A DNA stretch of 51,814 bases from Candidatus Iainarchaeum sp. (lineage in GTDB: Archaea; Iainarchaeota; Iainarchaeia; JAGGVJ01), in the NCBI GenBank assembly GCA_021158055.1, contig JAGGVJ010000015.1:1-51814 (forward strand), read 5' to 3'. The notes under the pieces were generated by a model. That model was given only the letters and a program-made list of their open reading frames with translations, was not told where the DNA came from and searched no databases. Positions 36,529-46,028 of this stretch are shown here, piece by piece (position 1 is the stretch's first letter; the number at the start of each line of letters is the position of its first letter). A program made the translations under genes and the position numbers.

Positions 36529-37461
36529 ATGAAATATCTGCAACATTATAAGGAGATTGGGTTGGAAAATAATAGTAATTTGATATTTGATTATTTTATG
36601 AGTAGTTTAACAGAATCAATTGTTACGTGGGATTATTTTGTTGATTTTGAAAAAGTAAAGAAAAATGTGGTTGCAGTAGAGAAAGAATTGAATCTTCTTA
36701 ATGTGTTAATTGGAAAAAAAGATATTGAAAGGGAATTTATTGATTTAATTATGGAATATCCAAAAGTAAGGAATGTATTACCAATACTCATTGCAATAAG
36801 GAATAATAAACTCAAAGATTTAAAGATAACAACTGATTTAGAAAATTTGACTTCAGAAGATGTGCATGTTTTATTTGATCCAAAAATTAATGTTGCGGGA
36901 AAAAACCAACAATTACTTCTTAAATTTTTTAGGGATTCTGGTTTAAAAGAAATTTTAATGGATAAAACAGTAAAGAATTTGGTGGACTACTGCTTTGGGG
37001 TAGAAGTGGGCATGGACACAAATGCAAGGAAAAATAGAACCGGGAGCTTAATGGAAAAAATTGTTGAAGGGCAAATAGGAAAGTTTTGTAAAAAAAATGG
37101 AATTCAATATTGTCCTCAGGCAACAAAGTCAAAAATCAAAAGTTTGTGGGGTGTTGATGTTGAATTAGATAAAACAAACCGCATATTTGATTTGGCAGCC
37201 TATAATAATACAACTCACAAATTATTCTTGTTTGAAACAAATTTTTATGGTGGCGGGGGTTCAAAACTCAAATCAACTGCCGGTGAATACCAGTATCTAA
37301 ATGATTTTTTAGGCAAACAGGGGATTTCGTTGATATGGATAACCGATGGTTTAGGGTGGACTGCTGCAAAAAAACCATTACAAGAAACATTTGTTCATAA
37401 TGAATATGTGTTTAATTTGGATTTGATTAAAAAAGGCGTTTTAAAAGAAGTTCTTTTGTAA
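36529..37461 (+). CDS. DpnII/MboI-family type II restriction endonuclease
   Basis: GVEVGMDTNARKNRTG, ETNFYGGGGSK, WITDGLGW. Confidence 0.92.
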   Translation: MKYLQHYKEIGLENNSNLIFDYFMSSLTESIVTWDYFVDFEKVKKNVVAVEKELNLLNVLIGKKDIEREFIDLIMEYPKVRNVLPILIAIRNNKLKDLKITTDLENLTSEDVHVLFDPKINVAGKNQQLLLKFFRDSGLKEILMDKTVKNLVDYCFGVEVGMDTNARKNRTGSLMEKIVEGQIGKFCKKNGIQYCPQATKSKIKSLWGVDVELDKTNRIFDLAAYNNTTHKLFLFETNFYGGGGSKLKSTAGEYQYLNDFLGKQGISLIWITDGLGWTAAKKPLQETFVHNEYVFNLDLIKKGVLKEVLL

Positions 37462-37532
37462 ATAAATTAAGTTTTATATTTAAAGCTATTTTTTAAAAGT
37501 TCATTATTTTTATGTGTTGTGTTGCAAAACTG

Positions 37533-38146
37533 TCATTCAAAATACCATAGCATTTCAAGATTTTTTTCATATTTTTTGTGTTTTTTGTTTTCTTTTATGG
37601 TATACTGTGCTTTTGGCGGTTGTCCTCTGCAGACACTCATGCACAGATTGTCTATTTCCTTTGGATTGTCTATGAATTCCCTAATCCATCCCTGGAGAAA
37701 CAAGGTCTTGGGCTCAAAGTTACTTTCGCGATTGTAATTGAATTTCTGTTCAATTAAAAACAACTGGGATAGTGTTGCAATTGTATTCAAAGAATTAAGA
37801 TAATGCTCAAAAGATTCATTTTTCAAAACAAGTGTTTCACTTTCGGGATCCGCGCCATAAAAAACGTTATCAAAGACAGATGACATTTGCCGTTTTAAGT
37901 CGGGTCTGGAACGTATTCTAAGATTTAAGTCAATCATTATTCTCAAGTGGTTTGGCCTGAATTCCCGGGTTCCTTCTTTCAGCCAAATCTGAAAGTTTTT
38001 TTGACATCATACTTGTTTTTCAAATTTTTAGGTAAAACTGAAGGACGTAAAACATAAATCTCTGTACCATTTTCATCTGTAAAAACAACTTTTTTTGCGT
38101 CAAAGTCAAGTTCTTTTATTATTTTTAGCATTTCTTTGTGTTTCAT
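37533..38146 (-). pseudogene. ~204-aa hypothetical protein split by a frameshift in an A7 run (37996-38002)
   Basis: MKHKEMLKIIKELDFD...KYDVKK joins NFQIWLKEGTREFRPNHLRIMIDLNLR... by a -1 shift. Confidence 0.7.
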
Positions 38147-38390
38147 TTAAGATCTCCCTGCCTTTTGAAGTAATTTTGTATAACCTGCCAATTTTATCCA
38201 ATGGGTTGAGGCATTCAACAAGTTTTTTTCCATGTAATTCTTTAATTGTAAATGATGCCTGTGAAATAGCAATATTCAGATTTCTGGAAATATCATTTGC
38301 AGCCAGTGGCTCTTTAGAGACATGCAACTCAAATAATACAGTCTTCCTGCGAGAACCCCTTTTTAGCCAAGCGTAAAGTACCCAATCCAT
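38106..38390 (-). CDS. Winged helix-turn-helix transcriptional regulator
   Basis: LAANDISRNLNIAISQASFTIKEL..LVEC..GRLYKITSKG. Confidence 0.85.
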   Translation of the reverse strand: MDWVLYAWLKRGSRRKTVLFELHVSKEPLAANDISRNLNIAISQASFTIKELHGKKLVECLNPLDKIGRLYKITSKGREILNETQRNAKNNKRT

Positions 38391-38481
38391 GCAAAAAGAT
38401 AGGTATATAAAGTTTAAATAACTAAAATGTTAATAATAAGTTAAGAATATATTAAGAATTACAATAGAAAAGGGTGGTATT

Positions 38482-38625
38482 GTGGATAAATATGCAAAAA
38501 AATACCTGAAAATGATAAAACAGGCAAAAACCGACGAAGAATTAATTGGCATAATCAATAAGGTATATGAAAATGGTTTTGAAGACGGGTGCAACGAAGG
38601 TAAGAATACAACCAATGATGAGTAA
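38482..38625 (+). CDS. 47-aa small protein MDKYAKKYLKMIKQAKTDEELIGIINKVYENGFEDGCNEGKNTTNDE
   Basis: GTG start after AGGGTGG RBS; translated by hand (below the ORF-track cutoff). Confidence 0.6.
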   Translation: MDKYAKKYLKMIKQAKTDEELIGIINKVYENGFEDGCNEGKNTTNDE

Positions 38626-38746
38626 TGGATAAAGCATTAAAATAATAGGCATTCAACGCTTAAGATTGTTAAAATTGGTAATTTGTTGTTTACCGGCATT
38701 GTACTTACATAAGTTATTTTAGTGGCTATTCATTTAAATTTTATTT

Positions 38747-39595
38747 ATGTCATTTGGCGGGATTTGTATTGAAGATTGTAAACGATATTATTTTGATGAA
38801 AACATAACGTTATTTCAGGGAGACTGTCTTGAAGTCCTTCAAAAGTTAGATGAAAATTCAGTTGATTTAATCTTTGCAGACCCACCATACAATTTGTCTA
38901 ATGGTGGTTTGACTTGCAAGGCGGGAAAATTTGTTTCAGTAAATAAAGGCAACTGGGATAAATCCCGGGGAGTAATGGGTGATTTTAATTTCACAGTTCT
39001 TTGGCTTAAAGAATGTCGCAGGGTATTGAAACCAAATGGGACGATTTGGGTTTCAGGAACACACCACAATATTCATCAAGTGGGGTTTGCATTGCAGACC
39101 TTGAAGTTTCACTTGATGAATGAGATTGTCTGGTTTAAACCAAATGCAAGTCCCAATTTATCATGCCGTTATTTTACTCACAGCCACGAAACATTGATTT
39201 GGGCAAAAAAAGAAAAATCTGAAAAACACAAATTTAATTATCCCCTCATGCGTTTTTGGGATTCAGACCTTTTGAATAAAAAAGGAAAACAAATGCGCAG
39301 TGTTTGGACAATCCCTTTAACACCTTTAAAGGAAAAAACCGCTGGAAAGCACCCGACTCAAAAGCCTATTGAACTTTTAAAAAGGATTATTACAGCAAGC
39401 ACGGATGAAGGCGCAGTGGTTTTGGATCCTTTCAATGGCTCTGGAACCACGGGTGTTGTTGCAAACATGCTTGGGAGAAAATATATTGGTATTGAAAAAG
39501 AAAAGGAGTACCTTGATTTAACTCTTAAGCGATTGAATGCCCAAAAAGAGCAAGCAGTTTGCTCTTTAGAATCATTCAGCGTTAGTACGCCTTAG
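38747..39595 (+). CDS. DpnA/MboC-type beta-class amino DNA methyltransferase
   Basis: DLIFADPPY, SVNKGNWD, HPTQKP, LDPFNGSGTT. Confidence 0.92.
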   Translation: MSFGGICIEDCKRYYFDENITLFQGDCLEVLQKLDENSVDLIFADPPYNLSNGGLTCKAGKFVSVNKGNWDKSRGVMGDFNFTVLWLKECRRVLKPNGTIWVSGTHHNIHQVGFALQTLKFHLMNEIVWFKPNASPNLSCRYFTHSHETLIWAKKEKSEKHKFNYPLMRFWDSDLLNKKGKQMRSVWTIPLTPLKEKTAGKHPTQKPIELLKRIITASTDEGAVVLDPFNGSGTTGVVANMLGRKYIGIEKEKEYLDLTLKRLNAQKEQAVCSLESFSVSTP

Positions 39596-41021
39596 CCAGA
39601 TAAGTAACCTTTTTTGCTTCTTTTCCGCACATTGCACACTTGCCGTTTGGTTTTTCGCTTTGCCTTGCAAGGGTTCCGCGCACTTCAAGACCTGTCATGT
39701 CCTGTATTTTGTCTGCGCATTCCTGGCTTCCGCAAAAGTTTATCCGCACAATCCCCCCGAGCTTTGCTTTTGCCAGGAGTTCTTCAGTGGTTTTTGCGTT
39801 GTGAAGGTTGTCTTTAAGTGCTTTGTCTGCTTTTTTGCGCATGTTGTCGGCGATTGATTCTTTTTGCCTTGTGATTTCCTCGAACAGTTTTTCAAGTTTA
39901 ACGTTCTTTTTTTCTTTTGTGTCGCGGCGTACAACCACGGCGGATTTGTTTTTGATGTCTCTTGGCCCAAGCTCTACCCTGATCGGCACTCCTTTCATTT
40001 CCCATTCGCTGAATTTCCAGCCGGGAGTGTTTTCGCTGTCGTCGACGTGAACCCGAAGTCCGTTGGAGCGGAGCTCTTCAAGCAGTTGCGTTGCTTTTTC
40101 AAGAACGTGTTTTTTGGTTTCTGAAGAGTAAATCGGGACAATTATCACCTGGTAAGGCGCGATTTCCCACGGCATTATGAGGCCGTGGTTGTCCCCGTGG
40201 ACGCTTACGATCGCCGCGAGGATTCTCCAGATTCCGGGACCGTAACAGGTCTGGTAGGCAAATTCTTCTTTTTCGCTTTCGTTTTTGAATTTTATGTCAA
40301 AGGGTTTCGAGAATTTTTGCCCCAGGTTGTGAGTGGAGGACAACTGCATGACTTTCAGGTCAGGCATGAGTGTGTCTGTTGCGTGACTGTATTCGGCGCC
40401 GGGAAACTTGTCCCATTCAGGCCGCTTGAACACCAGGAAAGGAAGCCCGAGTTTTTTGTGAAGCACTTCCTCAGATATTTCCATGTCTTCCTTTAACCGG
40501 TTGTCAGCGTCTTCCATGCTTTTGAAAACGCAGTGGGTTTCAATGAACAGAAACTCGCGCCCGCGGATAAGGGGCCTTGTCGCTTTTGTCTCGTGCCTGT
40601 ATACTGCGACGCTTTGGTAGTATTTGATCGGCAGGTCGCGGTAAGAGCGCACCCAAAGCGAGTAAAGTGAATAAAACGCGGTTTCACTTGTCGGCCGAAG
40701 GCACATGCGCTCGGCAAGCTTGTTTTCTCCGCCGTGTGTCACCCAGAATACTTCTTTTTCAAATGCCTTGACGTGTTCTCCTTCAAGCTTCAGCAGCGAT
40801 TCGGGAATGACTACCGGGAAAAGCACGGGCTGGTGATCGTTTGCTTCAAGCTGTTCTTCAAATGTCCTGAAAAGTTGTTTCAATGCGATGGTTGCCCACG
40901 GCCTGTGGACAATAAACCCTTTTACGCCGTATCGCTGGTCGACCATTTCGGTTTGTTTTATTATTTCGTTGTACCATTCGCTGAAATCTTTGTTTTTGTC
41001 TATTTCGAATTTTTTTCTCAT
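39582..41021 (-). CDS. proS: Proline--tRNA ligase (archaeal/eukaryote type)
   Basis: FSEWY, LRPTSET, RHETKATRPLIRGREF, GVPIRVELGPRD, C-terminal AKAY. Confidence 0.97.
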   Translation of the reverse strand: MRKKFEIDKNKDFSEWYNEIIKQTEMVDQRYGVKGFIVHRPWATIALKQLFRTFEEQLEANDHQPVLFPVVIPESLLKLEGEHVKAFEKEVFWVTHGGENKLAERMCLRPTSETAFYSLYSLWVRSYRDLPIKYYQSVAVYRHETKATRPLIRGREFLFIETHCVFKSMEDADNRLKEDMEISEEVLHKKLGLPFLVFKRPEWDKFPGAEYSHATDTLMPDLKVMQLSSTHNLGQKFSKPFDIKFKNESEKEEFAYQTCYGPGIWRILAAIVSVHGDNHGLIMPWEIAPYQVIIVPIYSSETKKHVLEKATQLLEELRSNGLRVHVDDSENTPGWKFSEWEMKGVPIRVELGPRDIKNKSAVVVRRDTKEKKNVKLEKLFEEITRQKESIADNMRKKADKALKDNLHNAKTTEELLAKAKLGGIVRINFCGSQECADKIQDMTGLEVRGTLARQSEKPNGKCAMCGKEAKKVTYLAKAY

Positions 41022-41306
41022 GCTTTCACCAAAAATCATTTCCGTGACATAAAATATACACTGCTGGTTTTTATTTTTAAGTGATTTGATTATCTTAAGC
41101 GGTTTGATTTGCTTGAAGTGTTTTTCAACAATTGTCAATAAAAGTGTTTTTAGTGAACTTTTTTAGTAAACTTATTATTTCATGGAAAGTAAATTATGTG
41201 TATTGTATAATATGCAGTATGTATTTTGTATGTGTGTGTTGTGTGTTGTACACATGTGTTGCACTTATGTGATGTGTATTATGTATCTTAAACAGTAAGT
41301 GGTTTA

Positions 41307-41909
41307 ATGGCAAAGAAGAAAAAGCACTCAAAAGATGAAAATAAAAAAGTCTTGGACGACACAGGTTCAGATGGCAAAGCCGCGCAGGAAAAGAGTGCGA
41401 AGCATGGTGAAGATAAACCCGGGCAGGTTGTCGGCAAAGAGGATTCGCTTCTTTCAAGCCGGTCAAAAACTGTAATGGACAAGGAAGAGGATTTTCTTTT
41501 CAAGGTTCTTGTTGCGGCGTTTTTAGTGGTGCTTGTTTTTTTGGTTTACTCGGTCGCAACCCAAAAACCTGTCTATTATTCCCAGCTTTATTTCAATGAA
41601 CAGTCCCTTCCAGGTGAAGTTGATGCAAATTCAAGTTTTTCGTTTTCGTTCGTGATTGAAAACCACGAGAAAGAAGCGTTTCAGTATCTTTACATGCTGA
41701 CAATAAACAATGAAACTTCGGATCAGTTTACATACATGGTTCCAAGCGAAGTTGAACAGGGGGACAGGATAGAGCAGAACATAAAAATGGCTTTGGGTCC
41801 GTCAGACGAACCTGTTAAAGTCGGGATAAAAGTGCCTACCCCGAGTTCGGATGAGCCTCTTGAAATTCATTTTTGGGTTGACGTGGTTGATGAAGCAAGT
41901 GAAAATTGA
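41307..41909 (+). CDS. Single-TM membrane protein, DUF1616-like
   Basis: TM segment then YSQLYF..IENHE..Y..IHFWV pattern. Confidence 0.65.
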   Translation: MAKKKKHSKDENKKVLDDTGSDGKAAQEKSAKHGEDKPGQVVGKEDSLLSSRSKTVMDKEEDFLFKVLVAAFLVVLVFLVYSVATQKPVYYSQLYFNEQSLPGEVDANSSFSFSFVIENHEKEAFQYLYMLTINNETSDQFTYMVPSEVEQGDRIEQNIKMALGPSDEPVKVGIKVPTPSSDEPLEIHFWVDVVDEASEN

Positions 41910-41986
41910 CAGGTCTGCACTTGAGGGTGTTGAAATCTTGAGGGCGTTGAAATTGCGTGATTGCAGTGAAATGATTTGGTGAAAAA

Positions 41987-42463
41987 ATGCTTTTTGGAAT
42001 TGTTGACAGTGCAGATATTTTGATTGACTTTGCCCCTGCTATTGAACAAAAGCTCAGGGAAGAAGTGATTAATTTTCAGTTTGTCCGCAGGACTGCCATA
42101 AACAAGCTTGGTCTTCCGGCAGCAGTTAAAGAAGTGTTGTCGCAGGAAGTGGACGCGGTAATAGTTATGGCCACCGTGACTGAAGAAGAGTCAAAGAAAA
42201 GCTCTTTCAAGTCAGTTATTGATGCGATCATATCAATTGAGCTTGAGTGCGAAAAAGACATTTTCAAGGTTTTTGTTTTTTCTGACGAGTTAAGATCCGA
42301 TGTGTCTTTTGAAGAAAAGAAAAAAGAGGTTGCAGAAACCTGGAGCAGGCTTATCCTTGACAAGTTGTTTAACCCGGACAAACTCGCTGAAAAAAAAGGC
42401 AGCATGGAAGCCGAGTCAGATGTTGAAATCAAGTTCGGGGATTTGCTTTCACCGGATAAGTGA
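41987..42463 (+). CDS. Divergent lumazine synthase / archaeal riboflavin synthase (RibC)-fold protein
   Basis: GIVDS..D, RRT...LPAAVK, DAVIVMA, VFVFSDE match the RibC pattern. Confidence 0.6.
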   Translation: MLFGIVDSADILIDFAPAIEQKLREEVINFQFVRRTAINKLGLPAAVKEVLSQEVDAVIVMATVTEEESKKSSFKSVIDAIISIELECEKDIFKVFVFSDELRSDVSFEEKKKEVAETWSRLILDKLFNPDKLAEKKGSMEAESDVEIKFGDLLSPDK

Positions 42464-42514
42464 CGTGGTTTTTGCTTAAGCCGTTGTCGAGATTATTGTT
42501 GAGATTATATACGA

Positions 42515-43459
42515 TTATATCTGTTTCACAAATTTGCCTGCGTTTAACGCGGCCACTGCCCCGTCTGCTGTTGATGTTGCAATCTGCTTGGTTTTTCCTC
42601 TTATGTCTCCGGCTGCAAAAATGCCTTTCACGTTTGTTTCCATGGATTCGTCTGTCAAAATGTGCCCTGTTTCGTCGAGTTTTACTCCTGTCCCTTCAAG
42701 CATTTCGTTTGAAGGCACTGTTCCGACGTAAATGAAAACGCCGTTTACTTCAATTGTTTTTGTCTCGTTTGTTTTCACGTTTTCAACAACAATCGAGTTG
42801 ACAAGCCCTTCTCCTTTCACTTCTTTAAGGACAGAGTCCCATATGACAGTTATTTTCGGGTTTTGCACGGCTTTTTCTGCCAAAATTTTTTCTGCGCGAA
42901 GTTCGTCTCTCCTGTGGACAATGTATACTTTTGAACTTGTGCCTGCAAGAAATATGGCTTCTGTTATTGCCGCGTTGCCTCCTCCGATGACTGCAACTGC
43001 CTTGTCTTTGAAGAACGCGCCGTCGCACACTGCGCAATATGAGATTCCTCTTCCGAAAAATTCTTTTCCCCCTTTTACATTGAGTTTCCGGCTTTTTGCC
43101 CCGGACGCGATTATGACTGCCTTGCATGTGATTTTGCTTCCGTCGGACAATACAAGGGTTTTTTCATCTGAGCCGTTTTCTATTGTTACCACGGTTTTTT
43201 CAGTGATTTTCACTCCGAATGATTCTGCCTGTGTTTTCATTTTTTCAGCCAGTTCCATTCCGCTCACGGGTCCGGGAACCCCGGGGTAGTTTTCGATGTG
43301 GGGGGTGAGTGCCATTTGCCCGCCTGTGACCGCGCCTTCAAATATGGCTGTTTCAAAGCCCAGTCTTGCAGAGTAAATGCCTGCGGTCATCCCGGCAGGT
43401 CCCGCGCCGATTATTGCAATGTCGCATTTTGTCTGGTTTTCGTTTTTTATGTTTTCCAT
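42515..43459 (-). CDS. trxB: Thioredoxin reductase
   Basis: GAGPAG, SYCAVCDG, GGGNAA, HRRDELRA, FAAGD. Confidence 0.95.
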   Translation of the reverse strand: MENIKNENQTKCDIAIIGAGPAGMTAGIYSARLGFETAIFEGAVTGGQMALTPHIENYPGVPGPVSGMELAEKMKTQAESFGVKITEKTVVTIENGSDEKTLVLSDGSKITCKAVIIASGAKSRKLNVKGGKEFFGRGISYCAVCDGAFFKDKAVAVIGGGNAAITEAIFLAGTSSKVYIVHRRDELRAEKILAEKAVQNPKITVIWDSVLKEVKGEGLVNSIVVENVKTNETKTIEVNGVFIYVGTVPSNEMLEGTGVKLDETGHILTDESMETNVKGIFAAGDIRGKTKQIATSTADGAVAALNAGKFVKQI

Positions 43460-43580
43460 GTGAATCACTTTGTGTTTTTATTAGATTTGTATATGATTAA
43501 TTGATTTAAACATATTAAGTAATTAAGTAGTTTAATTATTTTTTTATATGTAAGAAGAAGTGTGTCTGGAAGTGTGTTGC

Positions 43581-44609
43581 GTGGATGTTTTTGATTCCGG
43601 GGGAATAAATGTTGGTGTCGGCCGGAAAAATATTCTTTTTGACCCCCATAGGAAAAACAAGGGCAGTGATTTTGTTTTTGTCTCTCACGGCCACCTTGAC
43701 CACGCGAACGTGAATTCAGAGGGAAAGTATCTGATGAGCGCGGAGACGGCGCAAGTTGTAAAAGCACGCCTTGGAAAAGAACCGGGTTCGGTTCAGCTTG
43801 TTGACACAAGCACAAGATTAAAAGTTGATGATTCTACAACAATGCGTTTTTTTGACGCGGGGCACATTCTTGGATCTTTCCAGGCCATGGTTGAAAACTC
43901 GACTTCTGTTCTTTACACCGGTGATTTCAAGCTGCAGGAAAGTGTGCTTTTTGGCCGCGCGGAGACCCCGAGCGCAGACGTGCTGGTGATGGAAACCACT
44001 TTTGCCACCCCTGGCTGCAGTTTTCCTGACAGGAACGAGGTTTATTCTGAAATGGAGTCGTGGATAAAGACAAACCTCGCCCATGACAGAAACGTTATTC
44101 TTGGAGGTTATGCGCTTGGGAAAAGCCAGGAGCTCACAAGGATTGCAAGCGATTGCCTGGGCGGGGACGCGGTTGTAGTGCACCCACAGGTTGCAGGGCT
44201 GAACAGGATTTATGAGGATTTCGGAGTCAAGCTCGGGAATTTCATTGACTCGTCAGGTCCGGAGGCGAGAAAGTATTGCAAAAGCGGTCCGTTTGTCGGA
44301 GTTGTCCCGTCAACCATTCTCGGGAAAGGCCTGAAGCAGGGCATCCGGATTGACACGAAAAGAAAAACAGTTGCGGCAGTTGCTTCCGGTTGGGCGCGTT
44401 TTTCGAATTATCTGAAGAGGTTTGGTGCAGAGCGCGGCTTTGTGTTAAGCGACCACTGTGATTTCAATCAGTTGCTTGAGTTTGTGGAAGAAGTGAACCC
44501 GAGAAAGGTTTTTACGCATCACGGAAACAGCGCGGTGTTTGCAAAAGAAATCCGGCAAAGGTTTGGAATTGAGGCGTCGGAGATTCCGAAAAAGGTTTTG
44601 GGTTCTTAA
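43581..44609 (+). CDS. MBL-fold/beta-CASP nuclease
   Basis: SHGHLDH, AGHILGS, YTGD, ETTF, LGKSQE, LSDHCD, HHG; start uncertain. Confidence 0.88.
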   Translation: MDVFDSGGINVGVGRKNILFDPHRKNKGSDFVFVSHGHLDHANVNSEGKYLMSAETAQVVKARLGKEPGSVQLVDTSTRLKVDDSTTMRFFDAGHILGSFQAMVENSTSVLYTGDFKLQESVLFGRAETPSADVLVMETTFATPGCSFPDRNEVYSEMESWIKTNLAHDRNVILGGYALGKSQELTRIASDCLGGDAVVVHPQVAGLNRIYEDFGVKLGNFIDSSGPEARKYCKSGPFVGVVPSTILGKGLKQGIRIDTKRKTVAAVASGWARFSNYLKRFGAERGFVLSDHCDFNQLLEFVEEVNPRKVFTHHGNSAVFAKEIRQRFGIEASEIPKKVLGS

Positions 44610-44666
44610 ATGAACAAGTTAAATAAACAAAGTTAAATGAAGAAAAAAGCAGTTTGCAAAAAGTTT

Positions 44667-46028
44667 TTATTTTTCAAGTCCTTTTTTGACTGCTTCGATG
44701 CATTGCTTTGGCTCAAGCCGCCCTTTGGTTTTTGCCATCACTTTCCCGACAAGGAAGTTAAGCGACTCGGTTTTTCCCGCGCGGTAGTCTTCGGCTGCTT
44801 TTTTGTTTTCAAGCATGACTTCTTTTGCTATTGAGTCGACGTCAAACCCTGCTTTTCCCCCGTGTTCTTCAAGGATTGCTTTTGCCGAAACCTGTTCGTC
44901 AAGCATTTTTCTCAGTATGTCGACTCCCGTGTGCTTTGTAATGCTGCGTTTTTCAAGCGCAGTCAAAAGCTTGGTTATTTCTTTGGTTGAAAGTTTGCTT
45001 TCAATGAATGTTTTTGTCCTGAAGTTGAGTTCGCGTTTCAGGTGGTTCACAAACCATTTTGAGGCAAATTTAGCGTTTACCTTGCCTGCGACTTTTTCAA
45101 ATGCGTCTGCAAGGTCGCGTTCGCTTGCGATCGTGTCTGCTTCAAGTTTGGGGATCCTGTATTCTTCCTTCAGTCTTTTTGCTTTGGTTGTCGGGGTTTC
45201 CGGAAGGTCTTGTTTTAGTTTTTCAACAGATTCAGCTGATATTTCAAGCGGGGGGATGTCCGGATCCGGCAAGAACCGGTAGTCATCTCCGGTTTCTTTT
45301 TCCCGGAGAAACGTGGTTATCATTTGGGTGTCTTCAAAGTGCCTTGTTTCCATTTTTTTTATGGGGGTCCCTTGTCTTGCAAGGTTTTTTTGCCGTATTT
45401 CCTCAAAGCACAGTGCTTTTAAGACTCCTTTGATTGAATTTATGTTTTTGACTTCCACTCTTTCGTTTCCGTCAGTTGAAATGTTTGCGTCGACCTTGAA
45501 GAGCCCTCCTTCCGGTTTTGCCGCGTCAAGGTATTCGATGACTGTTTTCATTTTCTTGAGGAAGTCCCGCGCTTCTTTAGGTGTTTTCATGTCGGGTTCT
45601 GTGACTATTTCTATGAGGGGTATTCCGCTTCTGTTGTAGTCGACTTCCCCTGTCCGGAGTTCGTAGCGCCCCGGGTCTTCTTCAAAGTGAACTTCGCGTA
45701 TCCTGACTCCGTAAAGCTCTCCTTCAACCGCGAATGGGCGGGAGGTTCTCTGATAGTTTGCGGGAAGGTCAGGGTAAAAGTAGTGTTTTCTTTCCACAAA
45801 AAGTTCTTTTCCGGTGTTTATTTTGCACCCCAGGAGCAAAGCGGTTTTCAGTGCAAGTTCAAGTGCGCGCTCGTTTATTCCCATCGGTTTTGATCCTGGT
45901 TGCGCTGTGCAGATCGGGCAGATGAGCGTGTTTGGTTTCGCGTCAAGGAAGTTTGTGTTGCATTCGCAGAACATTTTTGTGTTTGTCTTTAGCTGAACGT
46001 GGATTTCAAGACCTATTTTTGTGGCCAT
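44667..46028 (-). CDS. gatB: Asp/Glu-tRNA amidotransferase subunit B
   Basis: IGLEIHVQL, RKHYFYPDLP, YNRSGIPLIEIVTEPD, EVKNINS. Confidence 0.96.
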   Translation of the reverse strand: MATKIGLEIHVQLKTNTKMFCECNTNFLDAKPNTLICPICTAQPGSKPMGINERALELALKTALLLGCKINTGKELFVERKHYFYPDLPANYQRTSRPFAVEGELYGVRIREVHFEEDPGRYELRTGEVDYNRSGIPLIEIVTEPDMKTPKEARDFLKKMKTVIEYLDAAKPEGGLFKVDANISTDGNERVEVKNINSIKGVLKALCFEEIRQKNLARQGTPIKKMETRHFEDTQMITTFLREKETGDDYRFLPDPDIPPLEISAESVEKLKQDLPETPTTKAKRLKEEYRIPKLEADTIASERDLADAFEKVAGKVNAKFASKWFVNHLKRELNFRTKTFIESKLSTKEITKLLTALEKRSITKHTGVDILRKMLDEQVSAKAILEEHGGKAGFDVDSIAKEVMLENKKAAEDYRAGKTESLNFLVGKVMAKTKGRLEPKQCIEAVKKGLEK

